Source of the DNA: Pecten maximus
Lineage: Eukaryota
Assembly (NCBI RefSeq): GCF_902652985.1
Contig: NC_047033.1
Coordinates: 22,630,001 to 22,694,000, forward strand
Reading direction: 5' to 3'
DNA length: 64,000 bases
Shown: positions 1 to 11,232 of the stretch, one piece after another
How the letters are laid out: every line of letters starts with the position of its first letter
Numbering within the stretch: the first letter of the stretch is position 1
The notes under the pieces: generated by a model
Seen by the model: only the letters and a program-made list of their open reading frames with translations
The model's database searches: none
What the model was told of the DNA's origin: nothing
Program-made: the position numbers and the translations under genes

Positions 1-319
1 ACAGAAGAGAACGGAGCCTGAATTACTTGATTACAGCACGTATAGATTCCATAAGTGCATGATTTTAAAGCAAATATCATGATAACAATCGAGTAACATG
101 AAAACGGCAACGTGTCGATGTAAACGGAAGAGACAAAGTAAGGAATAAATTGCCTTTTTTGCAACGGTGACATCCCCCATGAAATCATAGTGACACGTAC
201 CATATATAAAATCAGATCAGTTTGATTTAATATTCTTTTAAAGTCACAAGCACATGCATGCGTGTTTATGTTCATAAAAGATACCGTTAATATGAAGCAT
301 TAAATGTATTTATACAAAC

Positions 320-484
320 CTTTTGTGACAACTCCTAACAATTTAAGTATGTTATCGTGGTCAAAGGCACTCATGATCTCCACCTCCCGCTCGAAGTCGT
401 CCTTAACTTCATTAGATACGCCGTCCTTCAGGACTTTAACAGCTACGTTACCAATTTCGGACCCATCCTCAGCAGAATATATAC
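320..484 (-). CDS. RTK exon: kinase subdomains II-IV (gene continues off the left edge)
   Basis: Acceptor ttcctaattcAG and donor AAAG|GTttgt, phase 1-1. Encodes GIYSAEDGSEIGNVAVKVLKDGVSNEVKDDFEREVEIMSAFDHDNILKLLGVVTK, with the VAVK lysine and a 'DFERE' alphaC helix as in Trk/MuSK/ROR-group kinases. Confidence 0.95.
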
Positions 485-847
485 CTGAATTAGGAAATGA
501 TGTTGGAATGTATTCGAAAAACGCATTTAATGTGATGCATTGAATTGTTGGGCACAACAGTTTATTACGAATCCACAACCGTGACGTCAGTTAATGGGGA
601 AATGATATGTACAACTGGATGGTGTATTGATTACAATATTCTAGTTTAAATGAACACTAGCTAAGTAACAATTGATGATTCAACACATATTCAACAAAGG
701 GACAAAACACCTTATATAAATAGTTATGTCAGATTTTAGTTGGATGTATTTTGTTCGTGTAGTATGATATAGGTTTTGATACTCTTACCATCATGTTATC
801 GATTTCCTCGTTCAGATATCTGTTCTTATGCATGTTTTCAAACTAAC

Positions 848-1193
848 CTTTATATACCTGGCCGAATGCCCCTTCTCCCACAACGTCGACAATTTTCATC
901 TGCTCGGATGGAATGTCTTTAATGTTGAATTTCCGACCCTTCACATTGTCGTGTGGCGATAGAAAGTAGGTGGGATTTTTATTCACAAAGTTCATTCTAT
1001 CTAGCAACTGCTCGTCTTCCGTAGTTTTTACGGTCGACTCCTTCCTCCGTTTTCTTTTGCATAATTTGATTCGTCGAGCGACAATTAAAAATAAGGCAAA
1101 TAAAACGAACAGGGCAGATGCAAGGGGGATAAATATTTGTATGGCAGTTAGCTGGTCCGACATGTTGTCACTTTGTTTGTACAATGGCTCAGT
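848..1193 (-). CDS. RTK exon: transmembrane helix, juxtamembrane NPTY motif, kinase Gly-rich loop
   Basis: Acceptor atttcAG (phase 0) and donor AAAG|GTtagt (phase 1). Encodes TM IQIFIPLASALFVLFALFLIVA, basic stop-transfer RRIKLCKRKRRK, QLLDRMNFVNKNPTYF and VGEGAFGQVYKG. Confidence 0.95.
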
Positions 1194-2527
1194 CTGAAAT
1201 GTATAATATAGCAACCACATTCACGTATTTTGTTCAATTCATTTCTTGTCAAGGTTCCAAATGTTTTATAATCAAAATACAAATTTGTTTAGCTAATTGA
1301 TCAGGCTAATGTGCTACCATATCTAATAGGCCAGGAAACATTTCATATGCCGAATGAAACGTTTAAATATTTCAATAACGATGGTGTTTTTGCTGATTTT
1401 CCAATATGAAACCCCTTCCTTTATTTCCACTGTACGAATGGTGTTTGTTTCCTTACGACAAGTAGGAAAGATAGAGCAGATTGTACAGATGGAATTGATG
1501 TTGTTACTGGGTTAAACGTCCTAGCAACAGCCTGGGTCCATTGAGGACGAAAGTTTAAAACATAATAAAGAAAGAAAGTGCAGACAGGAAAGAGAGGAAA
1601 AACATATTCCTAAATGTCCCGTATGCAAAAAATCCCTAATACAACATTGGTTTACTGCAGGTCTTTCCATATTGGGATATAAATCTTTAATGCAATGGCA
1701 GTATTTTAGGGCATTCAAGTATTACAATCAAAAATGGGCGAAAAGGGAAAGAAAGCATGAAGGAATTTTGCAACAATCACATGATTACCAATTTTTTAGA
1801 CATATTGGAAAATAACAGCAACCCTCCAATTTAAAACAAGTACTTGTTGTAATGGATGGGAAACATTTGGAGAAGTCCACTAAACGACCCCCACAGTCCA
1901 AAGTGGCTAGTGCAATGAAGCATATGCGGTTGAATTTGCAGCCCCACACAACCCCTAAATTCAAATTGTAATCAAAATCGGACAATACTTAAATTTTGAC
2001 CAGTCAAAAACCTCGGTATGATGAGTGTGGCAAAGAAACCAAAGCATTTAAATTATCAGTTTCCTAACACCCCTATCAACCAATTTTCATTGAAAGCGAA
2101 CAATATCTTATTTTCGACCTATCAGAGTTTTTATTACATTTACATTTGATAATATTTTCTACAACCAAAATTACCATTGTTTCGAAAATACGCCCTACAG
2201 ATTAATTTTCGTTTTAAGTTAAAATAAAATATACACACGAAGGCATAAAAAACTCACAAGAACTAAATCGGACATCGATGAAAAAAGAAACTGAAAACAA
2301 ACAAATTTAAAGATAAAACCAAAATTAAATATACGACATTTGTTATCATTAAAAGGACCTTTTATTAAAATGGAATTGGTTCAGCCATAAAAGGCAGAAC
2401 AAATATTGTCAACACATCAATGTTTGGCTTAATTGTCTAGGGAGATATACCCGCTGTACTGATAACACAACAAACACTTATAGTTATTTCAACATTAAAA
2501 GTGCTTTCTCATTCCGTCTGCTCTTAC

Positions 2528-2640
2528 CTCGTTGCGAACTTGTTTTGTTTCGGAGATTGTATTGTTGTCCCCAGGCCCAAATAGACCCACCAGCGGCTGA
2601 ACCGGAAATACGTCATTTCTCTTGTCTGGGGGAGGTTTAT
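2528..2640 (-). CDS. RTK exon: extracellular stalk
   Basis: Acceptor ttctttgcctcaagaagcAG and donor GAG|GTaaga. 113 nt, phase 1 to 0, which bridges both neighbouring exons in frame. Encodes (D)KPPPDKRNDVFPVQPLVGLFGPGDNNTISETKQVRNE. Confidence 0.8.
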
Positions 2641-3414
2641 CTGCTTCTTGAGGCAAAGAAATTTACACCATTATTTAAATGCAGCTTCACATAGCAAGGC
2701 CATGCAATAACTGATAACTGCTTGATAATTCATTCTTGTTAAGGTTAAAACTCAATAATTTACGTGTAGGTGTTGTGATGCTGTTAATGAGCTATGAAGC
2801 AGTTGAGATTGTCTGAAAGAACGAATTGAGTCATTACACAATAGCATGATTCTACCTCGTCCTCATTGAGCAATCAAGGATTCAATGAGTAGACACTTCC
2901 GGTATCCGAAATCAGTGCCCGCTGTTGACAGAACAATTGATAAATGGATAGTATGGATATTTCAATCTGTCAAATTCCATTACAAGAACAGTCGAGTCGA
3001 TCTGTTGGCTATGTGCCTTTATAACTGCAATACTAAAGCGCAAAAAAATGCCTGACTAAGTAGGTCGGCAAAAGATATCAACTGATAAAAAAGTAACTAG
3101 GAAACGGACAATTTAAAACATACCTGTCCATAACAAACATAGCGGACAGCGGATCGCGAACACAAGAATTATCTCCAGAGGAAATACTGCAAGTCGATAT
3201 GAATTTTATCGAGGAAATGCGTCACAGCAACGCATAAGTCACAGAACTAATGCATTTTAATGTTGAATGTCAGTATGAGGGGCGAGGAAAACACATTTTG
3301 TGGGGCTAAGGACCGGTTAACCCGTTGTTAGCATAATATCACCGAACGAGCTATCATGTTATCGTGTGGAGGTCGTCACACATGAAGAAAAATATATTAG
3401 TTAATAAAACTTAC

Positions 3415-3555
3415 CCGATACACACTCGCCATACTCGTTGGTTGGCTGAAGGGTATAGATACAAAAGCAGACTTTGGTATGGAAGCCGTCATTATCTTGA
3501 CATACGGTATCCGGCTCGTAACAATCGTTGTTCTCCGTACACGTCTTGTGTGATT
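3415..3555 (-). CDS. RTK exon: 6-Cys EGF-like/EB-type module
   Basis: Acceptor tccatttcgttgtAG and donor TCGG|GTaagt. Phase 1-1, typical of EGF-module exons. Encodes SHKTCTENNDCYEPDTVCQDNDGFHTKVCFCIYTLQPTNEYGECVS (C-x5-C-x6-C-x10-C-x-C-x12-C). Confidence 0.85.
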
Positions 3556-4053
3556 CTACAACGAAATGGAAAAAAAAGACATCAAGTATATAAATCTTTT
3601 ATATACTAGTATATATCACTTTACGTGGGCTTGCTTATAACACGCGGCGAAAATTGAAGATACTATCTTATTCAAACATTGGGGAATTGGATTACCACTT
3701 TAGTGTTTCTGATATCTCTCATCGATCTTAACAACAATGAAAGATGCGCCCAAATAACGTTAGAAAAAGATATTCAGAAAAACATATATGCACTCCCCCC
3801 CCATATCCATTTACTTAAGACGTGCAGAAAATATGATTATACAGTAATTGTTTATTTTGTATTCGCATGACTGTATGTAATTGAATTCCTAAGGGGTCAA
3901 GCTGCAGTTACATCAGTTTCTAACATACTTACAGAAATACAAGAATGACGCCGAATAGAATAATTTTCTTCAGTTGAAATTAACTATCTGTCTTAAAGAC
4001 AGCTTTCAAACATGCTCTGAAAGAAAACTTTGGTATCGATATGATAGATCTAC

Positions 4054-4363
4054 CTCCTAAGCTGCATTTTTTGTTTTCTAATGCATCATTTGACAAAATT
4101 TCGTTTCGGGTTGAATTTTCGATTTGGCGAGAAAGGTTATGAGTCAAGCCTTCACTGTACTGGTCACGGGAACCAGATATCATTTTAACATATTGAAAAC
4201 GTGGCCCCGGATCGATGGTGAGCAAAAAGGTATTAAACAAAACAGCATCAAACAAATGAAATATATAAAAAAAATATACTGGTACACACAAGTACAGTCA
4301 TAGACCGGCTTTCACATTTGTTCATGATTTTATAAGTTTCGAATAGAAGTTTTAGATGTTGGA
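4054..4363 (-). CDS. Probable first coding exon of the RTK (signal peptide plus N-terminal ectodomain), with a 1-nt frameshift
   Basis: Acceptor tttttataacAG at 4364 and in-frame ATGs at 4325 and 4301. Removing one base of the A8 run (4267-4274) gives MNKCESRSMTVLVCTSIFFYIFHLFDAVLF...NLS...NST...KKCSLG. A weak phase-1 donor GAG|GTagat at 4054/4053 matches the EGF exon. Confidence 0.45.
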
Positions 4364-4629
4364 CTGTTATAAAAACTATGTTGTTTGGTCTTATTCTCAA
4401 TGTACTTGTTCAAGGGCCTCCACACAGATCTACACTTGTGTTTGTCTTTTTATCGATTTCCGTTAGAACTGCGGGTTCGTTATTATTTTTGCGTTAATTT
4501 GTTTTAGTGTTGTTCAACATTCTATCAACAGATATGGTCATTTAACGACACCTCCACCGTGTTTGAGATGCATTTTTGGTGCCGTCTCCTGGCACAGACA
4601 TACCAGAGTCTGCCAAGTGGTAGTCGTTA

Positions 4630-5075
4630 TACATAACCTGATTATACCCATTGTTAAACAAGATATATATAAACAGCGTGTGAAAGGGGAACAACTCATG
4701 TTTGAAAGTGTAAAGAGAATACTTGTGGACTATTACAATATGGGAAAATATACATCAACCATAAATGGTAGGTACACTTTATTCACTCACAAATGGAGGC
4801 TCTTTCGTAATCTTTTTGATCAATAGACAAAAAAAATCGATTCATGCATTTTATCATCACCTCTATCATATTATTTTATACCATATGCTGCCTTCTATGA
4901 AAGGTCCCCCCCCCCCCCCCTGTATTATTCACCTATTAGTTAAAGCTATATATATATATATATATATATACAGTCTGTGCAAGTGTGTGTGAAAGTTGTC
5001 TTTGTTTCTTTCTGTACCATGTAGTTACTTGATGTGGAAAATCTGAATAAAAGTGTCAAAAGTAAAAAAAAAAAA
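4630..5075 (+). mobile_element. 5'-truncated Tx1/L1-like LINE insertion
   Basis: 15-bp TSD aagtggtagtcgtta at 4615-4629 and 5076-5090, AATAAA at 5046, poly(A) at 5064-5077. The ORF end NLIIPIVKQDIYKQR...GKY...FTHKW resembles the Tx1/L1 ORF2 C-terminus. Confidence 0.8.
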
Positions 5076-5226
5076 AAGTGGTAGTCGTTACTGTTGCTTA
5101 ACGCTCAGCACCTAGGACGGCTGGTTCGCCCGTTGTCAGTGTATTGCCTTGTCCTGCTGGATGTCTTCGGTAGTATGCTTCAGTGAGGTAGCACTATACA
5201 GTCGACATCAGATTCTGAGGACACGA

Positions 5227-6143
5227 ACATACCACTCATATAGCTCAACGCACCTCGAACACTAGCATACCACTCATATAGCTCAACGCACCTCGAACAC
5301 TAGCATACCACTCATATAGCTCAACGCACCTCGAACACAAACATACCACTCATATAGCTCAACGCACCTCGAACACTAGCATACCACTCATATAGCTCAA
5401 CGCACCTCGAACACTAACATACCACTCATATAGCTCAACGCACCTCGAACACGAACATACCACTCATATAGCTCAACGCACCTCGAACACTAACATACCA
5501 CTCATATAGCTCAAAGCACCTCGAACACTAACATACCACTCATATAGCTCAACGCACCTCGAACACTAACATACCACTCATATAGCTCAACGCACCTCGA
5601 ACACTAACATACCACTCATATAGCTCAACGCACCTCGAACACTAGCATACCACTCATATAGCTCAACGCCCCTCGAACACTAGCATACCACTCATATAGC
5701 TCAACGCACCTCGAACACTAACATACCACTCATATAGCTCAACGCACCTCGAACACTAGCATACCACTCATATAGCTCAACGCACCTCGAACACTAGCAT
5801 ACCACTCATATAGCTCAACGCACCTCGAACACTAGCATACCACTCATATAGCTCAACGCACCTCGAACACTAGCATACCACTCATATAGCTCAACGCACC
5901 TCGAACACTAGCATACCACTCATATAGCTCAACGCACCTCGAACACTAGCATACCACTCATATAGCTCAACGCACCTCGAACAATAGCATACCACTCATA
6001 TAGCTCAACGCACCTCGAACACGAACATACCACTCATATAGCTCAACGCACCTCGAACACGAACATACCACTCATATAGCTCAACGCACCTCGAACACGA
6101 ACACGAACATACCACTCATATAGCTCAACGCACCTCGAACACT
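5227..6143. repeat. 38-bp minisatellite, about 24 copies
   Basis: Unit (g/a)cataccactcatatagctcaacgcacctcgaacacta, head-to-tail, nearly identical copies, no spacers. Confidence 0.97.
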
Positions 6144-6699
6144 AGGGGGACTATCCTTTAATCACCATAGCTTTTCATACGACTTTAAAAATACAACACG
6201 AAACAATCAACCTTTTGATAGGTCAACTTTTGATGTCTGGATTGATGAAATAGCCGAATAAGAGCCTATGAAGATGTTATGTAAAAATATATAGGTGCAA
6301 ATGATGTGTTTTTACTTTGTCAAATCTGATAAAACGAAACATGGCACTCATTGACCAATTCAATTCAATAGTCCTCTGGAACATGACAATACAAAATACA
6401 TGCAAATTATTATTGTCTATTTAGAACAAACGCTTAATATTGGTTGATAGAAAATGTGTTTTTCCAACATAATACATTGCGATGTTCACAGTTATACAGA
6501 TAGCGCTTCAATAATCCCTGCAGAACCCCTTGTTATCTGCCTCACACTCAAACACATTAAAATTAACAATATTACCTATTCTAATTCTCTACCTATCTTA
6601 ATCTTACAGAGTCTGGATAATATGAAAATACTATTTTTACTGCATAATCTTGTCTCAAATTGTGATATTATATTTTACTGGGTTCATGCACAAACCAGA

Positions 6700-7090
6700 A
6701 GACCTTGCAATGAAAAAGCAAACGATCGCCAAGATGAGGTTGCCCGTCTTAGGATGGTCCATACATACATAACGCATTGCTTACATTAAAGCGTAAGGCC
6801 AGCCTCAGTGCATCGCGTGCAACGAACTATCTACAATCAAACACTTTTTATATTATTTATATACAAGAGCATAGAAGTCTTAAATGCTTTTCAGAACTGT
6901 TAGTATGTACAACATGTTGAACTATCTAAAAGCTGATGGTCTGTATTACACGATTTGAGTAGCCACTTCTTTCATTATAAACGATATGTAAATTTGCCAA
7001 TATATATTCAAATTTTTGCCTGTTTGTTTATTTGATGTTGGTTCGTTTCTTAGCCCATTGTTTGGCCCAGTAACCTTCATAACTTTGGTT
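6700..7090 (+). mobile_element. I/Nimb-clade LINE 3' fragment
   Basis: DRQDEVARLRMVHTYITH matches the 'EVVLARLRIGHT' ORF2 C-terminal motif. It is homologous to 56920-57670. Confidence 0.65.
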
Positions 7091-7477
7091 TGCCGTTAAG
7101 ATAGCTAACTGGTACTAGCGAAATACTAGGGACTATTTTGAGGATAGTATATTACAGTATATTGCTTTACAGCCCACATTTCCATCTAAAAAAATATGGA
7201 TACTCTGCAAACGGACACATTAGCTCGTCACTATTTGGTTTGTATTATATTAGTTTACTAGTTCTTTTCTATATTTAAGGTTACAATTTCTGAAGAGGAG
7301 GAGAAGGACCAGGACAAATATACGAATTTAGAGGGTTACAGCAATGCAATGTGTACGCAGGATTTCACCAATCATCAATGGAAATTGTTAATTGAGAATA
7401 TTAGATGTGGTCCAATTTTTCTCAATTCTAATTGGCTAAAACATGGTCACGTGGAAGTTAGCAATTTGTGATGATTA

Positions 7478-8869
7478 CATGATGTTTCTTTTTTCCAAAC
7501 TTTGATTTTTTTTATTTGAAAAACCACAATTGTTTCAATTCAACAATGACAATCAAAGAAAGCATATACCATCTCTAGAAATGGTGACATCATAAAAAAC
7601 ACTGATCTGTGTTAATGGAGAGATAGATGAATTGAAGCCAACTCATATAGATATTGTGGATTCTTACTACTCCAAAGGTATATCTCAAACATTGGTGAAT
7701 AAACTCACCAGAAAGAAATATCAAGTCGAAAACAACTTTTTTGGATTATTTAACATAAAAACGATAGAAGAATTCATGGCAGAAGAAAGGAGTCATCGCA
7801 AAACGGCAAGAAATTATGAAAACATCATCACATTTTGGACGAACGCCTAAATAATCTGTTCGTTGGGTATTCTAAGAGTTAAATGGCGTCATGAACTTTT
7901 CGTCTGTACACCGGGATTTCAAATTTGAATTGAAGCTGATACCATATAAGATTTCAATTTTGCAACATTTGAAAGTTAAAGGCGTTTCTTCTCGCAATAC
8001 ATTTGCTACATGGATGCATGAACATTCAAATACTAGCGATTTTTTGGTTCCCTGACTAAGCGCACCTTTTGCTAGATGGACAATACGACAAGCAGTATAG
8101 CATTCTGAGGAACAGAATAACCAGAACTGTATGCAGAGAAGCCATTACATAGCCAGAAAGTAACAGGAATCAAGGAGTCCAATTTTATGCAGAAAACGGC
8201 GAAACCGCAAATGTGACCTTAGACAATTATTTGACCTTGTTGAAAAAAATATTTTTTTTACACTTAAATTAAAACGAAGGAAAATTAATACGCAAGAAAT
8301 GTGGTTTCAACAAGACGGGACAACTCCTCATACGGCTAACAGAGTATTAGCCTGGCTGTCTATACATTTGGAGACAACTTACTATAACTTCGCACTTGCG
8401 CACTTATATTTAATGAGCTAAAATCACCGGATTTGAATACTTTAGATCTCTTCCTATGGGATCACCTTAAGGATTATGTGTATTCATCATCCCCGAACGA
8501 TGTTGAGGAACTTAAAACAGCAATCAGAAGGGAAAAGAACATGAATTTAAGCGAGACTTGCAAAAATGTGACGAGAAACTTTAGAGAAAGAGTTAAGGAA
8601 GTTGGAAAGAAAAGTGGCCACTTGGAGCATATGAAGTTACACCATAGGTAGTGAAATGACGAGATTTTCCAAAATGATGTTTATTTTTTTTTTTTAAACA
8701 AAATGCACTGTGAATGAAAATGAAATGAAATGTGTGAATGAAATTATATACTTATCAAATTGTATTGATGTCATCATTTGAAAAATCTTCAATTTATAAA
8801 TGTGCGTTTCCCTTTTAAATTTTCTTTTATTGAGATTTAATATGGGGTTATGTTTTCTGAAACACTCTG
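7478..8869 (+). mobile_element. Degenerate Tc1/mariner-superfamily transposon, copy 1
   Basis: WFQQDGTTPHTA (about 8302) and SPDLNTLDLFLWDHLKDYVY (about 8424). TA flanks and imperfect TIRs (catgatgtttc / gaaacactctg). Contains frameshifts. Confidence 0.88.
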
Positions 8870-8935
8870 TATAATGCAATTGCACGCCTTTGCAAACAGT
8901 TCATATCTAAGACAAAAATTAAGGACCTGCGATTC

Positions 8936-9066
8936 GGTTAATATGGTGCTATACCGACCTGGTAGAATCTAAAATATTAACTTCGGGCCTGACCCTCAGT
9001 CAATATTTGATTCTACCAGGTCGATATAACACCATATTGACCTCACCAGGTTAACGTTATCTATAT
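8936..9066. repeat. About 107-nt imperfect hairpin followed by a short tail ending ctatat (non-autonomous DNA element end, Crypton-like?)
   Basis: ggttaatatggtgctataccgacctggtagaatc pairs with gattctaccaggtcgatataacaccatattgacc. The family assignment is tentative. Confidence 0.6.
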
Positions 9067-9208
9067 TTCATTATACTGTTAATGTACATATTTTAATGCT
9101 TTTCGCGGTAGAAGCATTCTGCTAAATTATGATTGTGTTAAGTGCACTTTCTATCCACCGTTTCTATGGAAAAATAGTTTTGGCGTTCCAATCCATCAAT
9201 GCACTCAC

Positions 9209-9326
9209 CTGTTAAAATTCGAAAATGTTTTCCATTTTAAACGATATGTTATTTTATTAGATATATCACGTGGCATGTTCAATAAACAGCATACAAATTC
9301 ATTCCTGTGATGTATAGATTTTTATG
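9209..9326 (-). other. Candidate non-coding (5'UTR) exon of the RTK
   Basis: Very long T-rich tract ending in cAG at 9327 and a consensus donor CAG|GTGAGT at 9209/9208. All three frames contain stops. Another strong minus-strand donor, AAG|GTAAGG, at 9825/9824 may end an upstream exon. Confidence 0.4.
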
Positions 9327-10004
9327 CTGAAAAAAACAAAAAACAAAAAAAAAAACGAAAAAAAACCCTCGCATGAATTACCACGGAAAATGTATCACAT
9401 TATTACAATTTCAGCGAGCACATTCTGATCCAAATCAAATAGACCTGTACACCAATTGCTAGCCCACTACCTATCATGTGCAACCATTGCAACCAAATAT
9501 CATCTTTTGTTTTAGGGAATAGCATCATTGTATTAGCTTAGATACTGTACATTTGTAGATACCATCTTATTGAACAATATCTTAATTCTGAGCTATTAGA
9601 AGCCTCGGATATATTTCCATAGTAACGGTTCTTGAGGAAAGAGTAGTTTTTCCACGATAATAAACTGAAACGATATTCTATATACATATCACGACAACTG
9701 TTAACAATTTTAATAGCGAATCACTCTTTAAATATTTCATTTAGTAAAATCGTTTGGATAAAGATTTCTTTTTTTAAAAATCAATGAAGATTATCAATGT
9801 GTTTCAGTCCCCTCATTTCCTTACCTTCTTGTGTGTTCATCCCAGTTCATCAGCATTACTCCAACCTCACCTATTTGATCACCACATTGAATACCGCAAT
9901 AGACTAATTCACAGTTAAGTTTTAGATGGTGGTAGGAGAGTTTTCTCTGAAAGGATGTTGTTCACACTCTATTTAGATTGCTGCCATCGTCATACAGTAA
10001 CTTG

Positions 10005-10160
10005 ATAATTTACATGTGTGGGTTGTTTGCCTACTAAACAGTAATTCATATGTGTGGGTTGTTTGCCGATAAACAGTAATTTAAATGAGCGGGTTATTTG
10101 CCTGATAGAAAGTAATTTAAATGTGTCGGCTTTTTGCCTGTTTAATTGTAATTTGAAAGT
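10005..10160. repeat. Degenerate ~36-bp tandem repeat, about 4 copies
   Basis: Recurring 'gtaatt.a.atgtgtgggttgtttgcc...aaaca'. Confidence 0.7.
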
Positions 10161-11232
10161 TTTTTCAGTTAAATGCATCATTAGACCATCTTTTAATCTG
10201 ACTGGATGGGTTGATTTGTTACGTAAACCAATTGAAGTGCTTATATAGATAAATTGAGGATTTCACTTGCTGTATAATAGAATTGTGGATATTTTTTATT
10301 TGTGTTCGCAAAATCCTGTTGCCTCTGTTTGCGTGCGTGTGTATATGAAGTATAGGTTTTTACGAATACTATGCCTGTGCCTGGATACCAGCCAAGTCAC
10401 TCGCGATTTGCGGTCACAACGCTAACGGCTATCGCACTAAATCGGTTCGACTAGCAAACCAATCAATGGACACAAGACATTCGTTTATTTCACCTCCCCT
10501 CGTCACGAATTTTCGTGACAGTCGTCCCTAGGGCAGGTCTTCTACTGCCGTAATGAGTACACGGTAGTTTTCAGTTTATCAATCCTATGTTGTTCAAGTT
10601 CTGCGAGGGACCTTAATGTATTTTAGAGAATCTCTACAAAATATATAGTCTAGGTTGTATGTCGGGGTTTTGAACTGTTACACTACAAATCCACGGAATA
10701 CTTGTCTGGGATATGCATCCGTATAACATGCCATATAAATCTTGATTATGTTGTAACTCGGAGCGAAAGTTAAAATCCGGCAATATGTTTGGTTGGCTTG
10801 TTAGGCGTCCCCACAACATCAATACGGAGATGAAACGTTAAGATAACGAAAGTAATGTGTTGTCAGGGCAGCGGCTTGTTTTAATCTAAAACTTGGTTTT
10901 TCAAACGATTGCTTCTTTTGTAAATGAAAAAAATGAATGTGTACCTTTCGGTCAGATATTTTTCCAAATGAATCTTCATCATTAAATGATATTCCTCAAC
11001 ATTCTGTACGCACAATTCTTAATTTCAAGTAAAGAATGTTTATGCTGAAATCCAGGGAAGCTTCATTGCTGATGACGCCATAGAGGTTAATGGAGGAAAA
11101 CTGACGTCACCTAAAACAAATTGTATATATGCCTCTCTCAAAGTGGTCACAGGAAGCCCACGTGGAAGGTTGGAACAACAGTTACATCGCATAGCAGTAT
11201 TCCGCTTAGTTTTCATAATCCAACGGTATTAA

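Larger units (their letters stand above)
4588..6205 (+). mobile_element. tRNA-derived SINE (Meta-SINE-like family) interrupted by a LINE fragment and a minisatellite
   Basis: Shares blocks 'ctggttcgcccgttgtcagt', 'gtatgcttcagtgaggtagcactata' and the 3' tail with more than 10 other copies or fragments in the window. Confidence 0.75.

Noticed and set aside
2641-2813. Longer RTK exon from the acceptor near 2813
   Set aside because: Stops occur in all three frames before 2640.
3931-3975. Signal-peptide-like LKKIILFGVILVF before a GTAAGT donor
   Set aside because: There is an in-frame stop just upstream, no ATG, and the phase is wrong for the EGF exon.
5227-6143. CRISPR-like regular array
   Set aside because: The units are contiguous with no unique spacers, there are no cas genes, and the context is a eukaryotic intron.
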